Sequence record: SRR22947725_4797
DNA: 36,840 bases
Reading direction: 5' to 3' (one strand)
Within the stretch, counting starts at the first letter, position 1. Each line of letters begins with the position of its first letter. The notes under the pieces are model-generated. The model was not told the origin of the DNA. It saw only the letters and a program-made list of their open reading frames with translations, and ran no database searches. The position numbers were made by a program, and so were the translations under genes. This document shows, one piece after another, positions 10,188 to 19,484 of the stretch.

Positions 10188-11720
10188 ATGAAATCATATA
10201 TACTCACCCTAGGTATCTTCCTATCCTGTCTCCTTCACGCCAAGCATCATGCTCGCCCGAATGTAATCTTCGTCCTTGCTGACGACTTGGGAATTGGGGA
10301 TGTATCCCCCACCAATCCGGACTGTAAGATCAAGACTCCGCATCTTCAAAAGATGGCAGATGAAGGGATTACTTTTATGGATGCCCATTCTTCCAGTGCA
10401 GTTTGCACACCGACCCGCTATGGGGTTCTTACCGGGCGTTATAATTGGCGCTCCCGACTAGCACGTGGTGTGCTTTCAGGAACCAGCGATCATTTGATTC
10501 CCGCTAACCGGGCCACCGTGGGGCATTTGCTCCAAAAAGTCGGTTACCACACCCAAATGATCGGTAAATGGCACCTTGGATGGGATTGGGCCAAAGCGGA
10601 CAAGAGTGAGCAGAAATGGAAGGATATTGATTTTACTAAAGCGGTGAAAAATGGACCCGACATCAATGGATTCACCAATTATTATGGCCATTGCGGATCT
10701 TTGGATATGCCTCCCTACGTATGGGTAGATACCGGGAAAATAACCGCACAACCCGACAGGCAAGAAGGCGTGACCAGCAAAGAAGACCCATATGGCTGGT
10801 ATCGGGAAGGTCCAATCGGGCCCGATTTTAAAATTGATCAGGTACTGCCTCATTTATTCGATAAAAGCGTGGCCTATGTTAAAGAGCGGGCCAAAAAGAA
10901 AAAACCTTTCTTTCTCTATCTCCCCTTGCCAGCCCCTCATACTCCAATCGTACCCGTACCTCCTTACAAGGATGCGAGTAAGATGAATCCTTATGCTGAT
11001 TTCATGATGCAAGTCGATGGACACATGGGCGAACTATTCGCAGCAATTAAAGAAGCAGGAGTCGACGAAAACACCCTAGTTTTCTTTACCAGTGACAACG
11101 GTTGTTCTCCCCAGGGAAACTTCGAAAAATTAGCCGAATTTGGTCACAATCCAAGTGCCGGGTTCCGCGGACATAAGGCAGACATTTACGAGGGTGGTCA
11201 CAGGGTACCGTTGATCGCCCGCTGGCCAAAAGGGATCAAGGCCGGTCAAAAGACCAATGCCCTCGCATGCCTAACCGATCTGTATGACACCCTGAGAGAG
11301 ATTACTGGGCAGAAGAAAATTGATCAGGGAGGCGAGGATTCCTTCAGTCTGGTCCCTGCTTTTAAAGGAAAACCAAAAACAACCCGCTCAACCCTGATCA
11401 GTCATTCGATTAGCGGTCACTTCTCTATCAGACAGGGAGACTGGAAACTTTGCCTTTCCGCAGGAAGTGGTGGATGGAGTGCTCCAAAGGAAAATGAGGC
11501 AAAAAAGCAAGGCTTGCCTCCCATTCAATTATTTAATTTGAAGCAGGATAAAGGGGAGAGAAAAAACCTGCAGGCAAAGAACAAAGCGAAGGTAAAAGAA
11601 CTCATTCAGGTACTCGACACCGAAGTAAAAGAGGGTAGAAGCTCTGGTGGCGAACCAGTACCAAACGACCGTGAAGTATCCTATCTGCCTAAAGGATTCA
11701 CCATATCAAAATCAAACTAA
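10188..11720 (+). CDS. Secreted S1 arylsulfatase
   Basis: MKSYILTL... signal at ATG 10188, PNVIFVLADDLG, CTPTRYGVLTGRYNWR, GKWHLG, FTSDNG, YEGGHRVP. Confidence 0.95.
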   Translation: MKSYILTLGIFLSCLLHAKHHARPNVIFVLADDLGIGDVSPTNPDCKIKTPHLQKMADEGITFMDAHSSSAVCTPTRYGVLTGRYNWRSRLARGVLSGTSDHLIPANRATVGHLLQKVGYHTQMIGKWHLGWDWAKADKSEQKWKDIDFTKAVKNGPDINGFTNYYGHCGSLDMPPYVWVDTGKITAQPDRQEGVTSKEDPYGWYREGPIGPDFKIDQVLPHLFDKSVAYVKERAKKKKPFFLYLPLPAPHTPIVPVPPYKDASKMNPYADFMMQVDGHMGELFAAIKEAGVDENTLVFFTSDNGCSPQGNFEKLAEFGHNPSAGFRGHKADIYEGGHRVPLIARWPKGIKAGQKTNALACLTDLYDTLREITGQKKIDQGGEDSFSLVPAFKGKPKTTRSTLISHSISGHFSIRQGDWKLCLSAGSGGWSAPKENEAKKQGLPPIQLFNLKQDKGERKNLQAKNKAKVKELIQVLDTEVKEGRSSGGEPVPNDREVSYLPKGFTISKSN

Positions 11721-11738
11721 TTCAATTACAAAATAGTC

Positions 11739-13235
11739 ATGAAACTTTATTCAATCATATCCCTTACCCTTACATTCACTGCCTCCCTATTCTCAGAGAA
11801 TTGGCAAATTAAAAGCCAGGCGGCCTGGGAAAAAAATATTCAATCGAGTAAAGGAATCGTCATTAAAGACAATCTAGTCTCCCCCAAGGAAAAAAATGGG
11901 CACTTCAAAACAAGGCTTAAAAAATTCAAAAGTAAGAAATCTCTTCAATCTCTTACCATTCACCAGTCCCCTGTTTGGCAAAACTGGGAAGAAGTTCCTG
12001 GCGTTGGCCCGTCCAATCTTAAGGATGCACCCGTCTTCCTTGCAAAAGGACCCAAGGATTACTGGATGTTCGGCCGATACAGCCCTCCAAGACCATCCAA
12101 AGGTAAAAAATCCGGTAAATTTGAAGCAAAGAATGCCAAGCTCCAGGGATTCGATGTTCCCCTTAAAACAACTCCAGATGAAAACCAGTTCAATGCACCT
12201 GGCGGTTTAGAGAAAGGATTGGGAGGCTATCATGCCTGGCAAAGTAAGGATATGAAAAACTGGGTACATCACGGCCCGGTTACACCAGGCTTTGCTAGGT
12301 GGACAACAACGGCCGAACAGGTCGGAGGAAAAACCTATATCTACTACGACTTCCCCAACGATCAGGATCCCCATCTCTTCATTGACGATGACCTAACCGA
12401 TGGAAAACCGGGCAAAAACATGGGACTCGCCTTTGCCGATCCATCTGACGGTTCAGACTGTGCAGTCATTCGGGACCTTGATGGAAAATTTCATATCATT
12501 TATGAAGACTGGAGCCCGATTCATGCAGGAAAGCATTCATGGGATTCCCCTCTGGCTGGTCATTCTATAAGCCCAAATGGCATGCACCCATTCCAAATTT
12601 TAGATCCGGCTATAGATCACCGGACCAAGCCAACGGGAAAGATGGCCAAATATAATCATCCACATTGGACGAAGGAAGACCCGAAGAGATTTCCCACCAG
12701 TGTGGCCGAATATGAAATCCATCAACCTGAGCAGGATGCCTATGGCGACTGGGCTGCTATAAGTATCGGTGGACAGTATTACTTATTTTGTGATTTTCAT
12801 CCCGCTAACGACAAAATTAGAATCGCTTGGTTTACTTCATCGGATATTAATAAATCCTTTGAATTCTGCGGTGAAATCGGGCGGGGACACCCCGACCCGG
12901 ATATTGGTTTTGCCGAGGGAAAATTCTACCTCATCACACAAACTGCAAAGGATTATGTAAGCAACGGTCCATGGGTTGAAAAAGTGGAATCTCGGGTCGG
13001 AGTGGATACCACCAATAACGGTAAGATCGACAAATGGAGTGAATGGTCAGAGATGAAAGAAAGTTATGACTACATCAAGGGCTTTTCAAAACAAATCAAG
13101 AAAACCCCGGCCAGACTAAACCTTGCGGGTCTACCGCATGGATACGGGTTCCAGGTCGAAGTCAAGATCAGTGATGTGACCTCCAATGCTTCCAAGCCTT
13201 TGATTGAAAGTTTGGAACTGTCTTTTAAGGACTAG
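11739..13235 (+). CDS. Secreted hypothetical protein; probable five-bladed beta-propeller, GH43/GH117-like
   Basis: Signal peptide. Blade-like repeats DAPVFL..DYWMF, SKDMKNW (Asp-box-like), AEQVGGKTYIYYD, DCAVIRDLDGKFHIIY, DWAAISIGGQYYLF, DPDIGFAEGKFYL. The CDS is solid; the function is inferred. Confidence 0.7.
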   Translation: MKLYSIISLTLTFTASLFSENWQIKSQAAWEKNIQSSKGIVIKDNLVSPKEKNGHFKTRLKKFKSKKSLQSLTIHQSPVWQNWEEVPGVGPSNLKDAPVFLAKGPKDYWMFGRYSPPRPSKGKKSGKFEAKNAKLQGFDVPLKTTPDENQFNAPGGLEKGLGGYHAWQSKDMKNWVHHGPVTPGFARWTTTAEQVGGKTYIYYDFPNDQDPHLFIDDDLTDGKPGKNMGLAFADPSDGSDCAVIRDLDGKFHIIYEDWSPIHAGKHSWDSPLAGHSISPNGMHPFQILDPAIDHRTKPTGKMAKYNHPHWTKEDPKRFPTSVAEYEIHQPEQDAYGDWAAISIGGQYYLFCDFHPANDKIRIAWFTSSDINKSFEFCGEIGRGHPDPDIGFAEGKFYLITQTAKDYVSNGPWVEKVESRVGVDTTNNGKIDKWSEWSEMKESYDYIKGFSKQIKKTPARLNLAGLPHGYGFQVEVKISDVTSNASKPLIESLELSFKD

Positions 13236-13246
13236 TTTCACACCAA

Positions 13247-13969
13247 ATGAAATCATCTGCAAAATTTATGAAACTGCTAAAATTTTCCCTTCTTTCATTG
13301 TTGTTCATTTGGGCAACGGGGCTTCTTTCTGCCAATGAGACTATTTTTAATGGTAAAGACCTGACCGGATGGAGTGCGGAGGATATGTCGTACTGGTCGG
13401 TGCAGAATAGTGCCATTGTGGGAACCAAGGGAGACCAAAAAATTCCAGGAAATCAATTTCTTTGGTACGACAAGAAAGTAAGTGATTTCAAACTCACTCT
13501 TCAAGTTAAACAGGTTCCCTTTGCCGCCAACGCCGGTATTCAATTTCGTTCCATACGAGAGGCAAATGGTCATGCCATTGGCTATCAGGCAGACATTGGA
13601 AAAGGTTGGTGGGGTGCCCTCTACCATGAGCACGGAAGGAAAATTCTGGCAAAGAATAAAGACACTGCCGGGAAACACCTAAATCCCGAAAAATGGAATA
13701 AGTATGAAATTCTCGCAGTGGGTCATCGGATCTGGCTGGCGATCAACGATCAAATCACCGTGGCACTTCGCGATCCAATTGGAGAGCTCGAGGGTCAAAT
13801 CTCTTTACAGGTTCATGGAGGTATGCCCCAAAAGGTTATTTATCAAGGCCTCACTCTGGAAAGAAACCCCCAAGTCAAAATGGTTGGAATGAATGAGACC
13901 GAATTGAACAAACTTCTAATTCTCGCCCCTAAAGGCTTTGTCAAAAAAGATAATACCAAACGAGACTAG
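13247..13969 (+). CDS. DUF1080 (3-keto-disaccharide hydrolase family) protein, secreted
   Basis: IFNGKDLTGW, NAGIQFRS, GYQADIG, WNKYEI, GQISLQVHGG. Start is 13247 or 13268. Confidence 0.9.
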   Translation: MKSSAKFMKLLKFSLLSLLFIWATGLLSANETIFNGKDLTGWSAEDMSYWSVQNSAIVGTKGDQKIPGNQFLWYDKKVSDFKLTLQVKQVPFAANAGIQFRSIREANGHAIGYQADIGKGWWGALYHEHGRKILAKNKDTAGKHLNPEKWNKYEILAVGHRIWLAINDQITVALRDPIGELEGQISLQVHGGMPQKVIYQGLTLERNPQVKMVGMNETELNKLLILAPKGFVKKDNTKRD

Positions 13970-14011
13970 TTCGTTAAATTTTAAAATTTTGCGGAGTAGT
14001 CTTCTTGTAAC

Positions 14012-15445
14012 ATGAGTTTTCGCAAATCCAATATTTTCCCCTTATTGCTAGGTTCAATTTGCTCCCTGTATGCCAATAACAAACCAAATGTAGTTTTTAT
14101 TTTTGCAGATGACCTCGGGTACGGTGAAATTGAAGTGCTTGATCCAAAATACGCGAAAATCCCAACTCCCCATCTTAATCGATTGGCAAATGAAGGACAG
14201 ACCTATACCGACGCACACACCAGTTCTTCTGTTTGCACACCGTCGCGGTACAGCCTCTTAACCGGTAGATACAATTGGCGCACCCGATTACAAACTTTTG
14301 TTTTGGGCGAAGGAGACGCCCCACTTATTTCCCCAGAACGCAAAACCCTGGGTCACCTTTTTAGGGAACAAGATTATCACACTGCAATTTTTGGCAAATG
14401 GCACTTAGGGCTTACTTATCAAGTGCCAAATAATGGAAATACGAAACGAAAAAAACTCCTGGATGGTTTTCTTTTATCAAAAGCTCCTGTAGGAGCAAAG
14501 GTGATGGGGGGTCCGATTTCACGGGGGTTTGATTCTTATTATGGATTTAACCATGCACGAAGTATGAGCAGTGTAATTGAGAATGATCGCATTATTGAGG
14601 AAATAAATCCTGTAGAAATGCTTCCTAATCTTACTAGTGCGATTTCCGAATATATTGATCAAAAAGCGGAGGATTCTAAAAATGGTAAACCATTCTTTAT
14701 CTATTTTCCGCAAAACTCCCCCCATTCCCCTCTTGTTCCCAGTAAAACATTTAAAGGATCCACAAAACTAGGTGATTATGCAGATTATGTGACACAGACC
14801 GATGCTTCCGTCGGCGTGGTGTTAGATGCACTTACAAGAAACCGCATACGGGAGAATACTCTGGTAATCTTTAGTTCAGACAATGGATCTTTTCATCTGT
14901 CCAGCCAAACTCAAAAACGAGCACCAACTCATCGTCCAAGCGGACCGTATCGGGGGAAAAAAGGAAACCTTTGGGAAGGCGGACACCGTGTACCTTTTAT
15001 CTTAAGTTGGCCGGGAGTAGTCAAAGCGGGTTCAAAATGCGATCAATTGATCTGTCTAACCGATATGATGAGGACTTTTAGCGATTTCTTCTCTGTAGAT
15101 CTACCTGATAATGTAGCTGAGGATAGTATTAGTTTCTTACCTTCAATCTATGATCATACTATATCCAAGGTTCGAAAAAATATCATTCATCATGATATTA
15201 AAGGGTACTTCTCGATTCGGGATGGAAACTGGAAACTGTTGCTCAAAAAATTGGGCAACTCCAGTGTTCAACTATACAATCTGGACAAAGACATAGGTGA
15301 AAGGACCAACATGGCTGGAAAAAGACCAGATGTCTTAAAAAAACTTACTCAATTATTGAAATCTCAAGTAGAACAAGGAAGGTCTACTCCCGGGTTAACT
15401 CAAAAAAATGATGTCCCTGTCAACATTTGGAAAGACAGGAAATAA
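14012..15445 (+). CDS. Secreted S1 arylsulfatase, paralog of 10188-11720
   Basis: PNVVFIFADDLGYG, CTPSRYSLLTGRYNWR, FGKWHLG, FSSDNG, WEGGHRVP. Confidence 0.94.
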   Translation: MSFRKSNIFPLLLGSICSLYANNKPNVVFIFADDLGYGEIEVLDPKYAKIPTPHLNRLANEGQTYTDAHTSSSVCTPSRYSLLTGRYNWRTRLQTFVLGEGDAPLISPERKTLGHLFREQDYHTAIFGKWHLGLTYQVPNNGNTKRKKLLDGFLLSKAPVGAKVMGGPISRGFDSYYGFNHARSMSSVIENDRIIEEINPVEMLPNLTSAISEYIDQKAEDSKNGKPFFIYFPQNSPHSPLVPSKTFKGSTKLGDYADYVTQTDASVGVVLDALTRNRIRENTLVIFSSDNGSFHLSSQTQKRAPTHRPSGPYRGKKGNLWEGGHRVPFILSWPGVVKAGSKCDQLICLTDMMRTFSDFFSVDLPDNVAEDSISFLPSIYDHTISKVRKNIIHHDIKGYFSIRDGNWKLLLKKLGNSSVQLYNLDKDIGERTNMAGKRPDVLKKLTQLLKSQVEQGRSTPGLTQKNDVPVNIWKDRK

Positions 15446-15462
15446 ATTCGAATATAATTAAA

Positions 15463-18063
15463 ATGAAACCAAGAATTATCTTATTTGCCCTTTTTGCATC
15501 ATCTATATTTTCATACGCTCAAGCAAAGGAGAGATTCGTAAAGAATCAAAATATTTCAAGTGGATCGGCCGAGATTTTATTGGGAACGGTTAAAGGACAA
15601 GAACAAGTTGTACAAATGTCGGGCACCCGCAAGATTGCCGGTATCTACCCTCACCTAACGACCTACTCGCAAAGCCGTAAAGATGGAAAGTTTTTTAAAG
15701 ATGGACATCAGGAATGCGGGATTGGGGGAATCATTCCTTGGGCCGATAACTTATGGATGATCACCTATGCACCCCATAAGCCAAGAGGGTCCGATCATAA
15801 GCTCTATTCTATAGACAAGAATATGACCATGACCATCCATGCTGAAAGTGTGGGAGGAACCCCTGCAGCCCGTATGATTCACGAGGAATCCAAGCAATTG
15901 TTTATTGGACATTATGTGATCGATGACAGGGGAAAAGTCCGTTCAATGAGCCCATCCAAAATGCCTGCCCGGGTCACTGCATACATGCGGCACCTCAAGG
16001 ATCCGGAGAACTATGTATACCTCTACGATATGGAAAATATGTTCTACGAGGTAAATGTACATACCTTGGAATTTAAAAAACTCTTTCATGACCCCATACC
16101 CGGATACCATGGCAAGGGTGGATTCACATCACAGGGAAAAGTAGTGGTCAGTAATAACGGGGAAGCGATGAGTGGCCATTTGGATAAACCGGAACTCTGG
16201 CAGGTATCCAAGGACTACACCCCAAAAAGCTCCGAAGATCGCGGGTGTCTTGCAACTTATGATGGTAAAAAATGGGAAGTGATTGAACGCAGACAATACA
16301 CCGAAGTAATCGGCCCACAAGGCGTGCATCCGACTTCAAAAGGTAAAAACGATCCAGTCTGGGCCATCGGATGGGATAAACGATCCCTTCGCCTACAGGT
16401 GATGGAAAATGGAAAATTTACCACTTTCCTCCTCCCCAAGGGATGCCTGAACAATGATGCGGCCCACGGTTGGTTTACAGAATGGCCAAGAATTCGGGAC
16501 ATCGGTCAGAAGGATTTGCTTATGGATATGCATGGCATGTTTTTTAAATTTCCAAAGAATTTCACATCCCGAACTTGTGCAGGTATTGAGCCCATCGCAT
16601 CTCACATCAGGTACATCCCAGACTTTTGTTATTGGAATGGAAAAGTGGTACTAGCCACCGATGAAGCAAGTATTCAGGGAAACCCGCTGGTCGGTCAGCC
16701 TCAGTCCAATTTATGGTTTGGTGACTTGGAGGACCTCAAACAATGGGGCCCCAGAAATGCCGTAGGTTCAATCTACATGAATGACCCGGTGGAGGGAGGC
16801 GTTCCCTCTGACCCATTTCTCATCAATGGATTTCCACGACGTATGGTTCACTTAGCTGCAGACCAAACGACTTCTTTTACCCTTGAAGTGGATCAAAAGG
16901 GAACGGGACAGTTTGAAAAATATAAAACAATCCAAGTCGATAGTTATGCATCCCATCTATTTCCAAAAGATTTTAAATGCCAATGGGTACGGGTAGTAAC
17001 CGATAAAAGTTGCCATGCATCCGTTTCCTTTCAGTTTTCCGACGATACCTACCGGGGAACCAAAGATGGGGATAAATTATTCCAGGCAATCGCCGATCAT
17101 GATGAATCCAAAGTTACCTCCGCACTCCTCTTCCCCAATGCGCATAATCGTCACCTATCAGTGCTCGGTTCGAATGGGAAAGCCTATGATTTTGATCATG
17201 TGTCCTTCACCTACAAACCTTTGGAAAAGGAACCGATTGCCAAGGATTACATGAGCCCTGGAGCCCTGAAAGGATGGGGATCCAAGGTGAGTGAGAATGA
17301 AGTCAAAAATAAAACCCTACGGGAATTCCTTACTCCAAAATTAGAGTTTTCCGTAGATCAGGCATCCGTCATTCTTATCAGCAAAGAAAGCCGGACAATT
17401 GTAGGCAAGAAGGGAAATCGTACCATCCTTCGCCTACCCAAAGGCCCATCATCCTATGATCAGGACTTTTCCTTCGGTCATCCAAGAATGCACAGAGAGG
17501 TTGAATCGGAACGAATGCTCGCTAACATACATGGAACCTTCTACGAAGTTCCTTTTTGGATTGTGGGACAGGCTCCTCTTTACACTAAAATGCGACCGGT
17601 CAGCACTCACAATAAACAAATCTCTGATTTCACCACCTGGAATGGATTGCTAGTACTGGCAGGACTCAAGTCCAATACTTCCCCATCCTCCCGTATATTT
17701 AATTCCCCAGACGGAAAAACATCGCTCTGGCTAGGTGGAATCGATGAACTATGGGATTTTGGTAAACCAGTGGGAGTTGGCGGTCCCTGGAAAAATACAA
17801 AGGTTAAAGCGAATGAACCATCGGATCCTTACCTGATGACCGGATATGATCAAAAAACTTTGATACTAGTATCAGATAAGGATTGTACGATCACAGCCGA
17901 AATTGACATCGATCACTGGACAGGATTTCACCCCTACAAAACTTTTTCCCTAAAAGCGGGAAAGAAGAAAACCTTTCAATTCCCCGATGAATTCGCCGCC
18001 CATTGGATTCGTTTCAAAACGGATAAGGAAATTAAAGCAACCGCTCAACTCATTTACGAATGA
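15463..18063 (+). CDS. Large secreted hypothetical protein with an internally duplicated module
   Basis: ~866 aa from ATG 15463 (MKPRIILFALFASSIFSYAQA signal peptide). Long stop-free ORF, translationally coupled to the next sulfatase by an ATGA overlap. Confidence 0.85.
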   Translation: MKPRIILFALFASSIFSYAQAKERFVKNQNISSGSAEILLGTVKGQEQVVQMSGTRKIAGIYPHLTTYSQSRKDGKFFKDGHQECGIGGIIPWADNLWMITYAPHKPRGSDHKLYSIDKNMTMTIHAESVGGTPAARMIHEESKQLFIGHYVIDDRGKVRSMSPSKMPARVTAYMRHLKDPENYVYLYDMENMFYEVNVHTLEFKKLFHDPIPGYHGKGGFTSQGKVVVSNNGEAMSGHLDKPELWQVSKDYTPKSSEDRGCLATYDGKKWEVIERRQYTEVIGPQGVHPTSKGKNDPVWAIGWDKRSLRLQVMENGKFTTFLLPKGCLNNDAAHGWFTEWPRIRDIGQKDLLMDMHGMFFKFPKNFTSRTCAGIEPIASHIRYIPDFCYWNGKVVLATDEASIQGNPLVGQPQSNLWFGDLEDLKQWGPRNAVGSIYMNDPVEGGVPSDPFLINGFPRRMVHLAADQTTSFTLEVDQKGTGQFEKYKTIQVDSYASHLFPKDFKCQWVRVVTDKSCHASVSFQFSDDTYRGTKDGDKLFQAIADHDESKVTSALLFPNAHNRHLSVLGSNGKAYDFDHVSFTYKPLEKEPIAKDYMSPGALKGWGSKVSENEVKNKTLREFLTPKLEFSVDQASVILISKESRTIVGKKGNRTILRLPKGPSSYDQDFSFGHPRMHREVESERMLANIHGTFYEVPFWIVGQAPLYTKMRPVSTHNKQISDFTTWNGLLVLAGLKSNTSPSSRIFNSPDGKTSLWLGGIDELWDFGKPVGVGGPWKNTKVKANEPSDPYLMTGYDQKTLILVSDKDCTITAEIDIDHWTGFHPYKTFSLKAGKKKTFQFPDEFAAHWIRFKTDKEIKATAQLIYE

Positions 18064-19484
18064 ATAATAAGATAGCCCTCCTCTTTTTCACATTTTTTGC
18101 ACTGTCAGCATCCGCAAAGCAAAATGTTGTATTCATCTTAGCTGACGATATGAGCCGGGACACCTGGGGTGCATACGGCGGAAAAGACTGTAAGACTCCA
18201 AACATCGATCAATTAGCCAGGGATGGAACACGATTTGATCGTGCCTATTGCACGGTAGCCATGTGTGCCCCCTTCAGGCAGGAACTTTACAGTGGAAGAT
18301 CCCCCTGGCGAACCGGTACTCTACCCAATCACTCAAAATCAGTTTCCGGAACCAAAAGTATAGTTCATTACCTGAACCCCCTCGGTTACCGGGTTGCCCT
18401 GCTCGGCAAATCCCACGTGGGCCCAAATGAATGCTATCCATTTGAGCGCCTTGGAGAGGTAAGTAAAAAAGTGGATGCCAATCCTGAAATCATGGATAAG
18501 GCAAAGGGATTTCTGGATGACTGTGAAAAAAAAGAAGATCCATTTTGTTTATTTATTGGATCTCATGATTCTCACGCTCCATTCACCACAGGTGCCCCCT
18601 CAGCATATGACGCCAAAAAAATTACGGTTCCACCCTATTGGATTGATACGCCAGAACTGAGGGAGGTTATGATTCAATACTACGCGGAGATCACCAATTT
18701 TGACCGCTTAGTTGGAATGATGCGCAAGGAACTGGAAAAAAGAAATCTATGGAAAAATACGATTTTCATGGTATGTAGCGAACAGGGAACCCAGCTCCCC
18801 TTTGCGAAATGGACTTGCTATGATAACGGCTTACACACGGGATTGGTCGCCCACTGGCCCACTCTTTCCATACCCGGCTCAGTCGTAGAAGAATTAGTAA
18901 CCACTGCGGACATTACCCCAACCTTGGTCGAAAGTCTGGGAGGCAAACTTGAAAAAGGGGCCGTTGATGGAAAAAGCTTCCTTCACTTATTAAAAGGTGT
19001 GGAAGATCCGATACATCAATATGTTTACGGAGCATTCACGAATTGTCGGATCATTGACAATCGGGAACGCATCTATCCGATCCGGGCCATTCGCGATAAA
19101 AGATACTCCCTGATTTATAATCCAAATCATAAATCCATAACATCAAATGTTACGCTCACACAGGACCTAAACATGATTGAGGATACCCAAACAAAACCCA
19201 AAGATCTCAATCCGACTGGTTCCTGGGTGGCAAAACCAGATAAAAACAAAATGGAACAAGCACTCGTCCATAAATTGCATAACCGGGACGAGTTTGAATT
19301 GTACGATTTACAAAAAGATCCATTTGAGATGAAAAATTTAGCGGGTAGTCCAAATCACAAGAAAGTTCAGGGAAGACTCAAATCTGCCTTAATGGCTAAA
19401 CTAAAGGAATTAGCAGACAGCAATCCCATCAATACTGAAAAGGGATTTGTATCGGTTGCTAGCAAAAAAGGTAAGAAAAACTAG
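18060..19484 (+). CDS. Secreted S1 sulfatase, sulfamidase-like type
   Basis: NVVFILADD, CAPFRQELYSG, LLGKSHVG, SHDSHAPF, CSEQG, ELYDLQKDPFEMKNLA. Confidence 0.92.
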   Translation: MNNKIALLFFTFFALSASAKQNVVFILADDMSRDTWGAYGGKDCKTPNIDQLARDGTRFDRAYCTVAMCAPFRQELYSGRSPWRTGTLPNHSKSVSGTKSIVHYLNPLGYRVALLGKSHVGPNECYPFERLGEVSKKVDANPEIMDKAKGFLDDCEKKEDPFCLFIGSHDSHAPFTTGAPSAYDAKKITVPPYWIDTPELREVMIQYYAEITNFDRLVGMMRKELEKRNLWKNTIFMVCSEQGTQLPFAKWTCYDNGLHTGLVAHWPTLSIPGSVVEELVTTADITPTLVESLGGKLEKGAVDGKSFLHLLKGVEDPIHQYVYGAFTNCRIIDNRERIYPIRAIRDKRYSLIYNPNHKSITSNVTLTQDLNMIEDTQTKPKDLNPTGSWVAKPDKNKMEQALVHKLHNRDEFELYDLQKDPFEMKNLAGSPNHKKVQGRLKSALMAKLKELADSNPINTEKGFVSVASKKGKKN

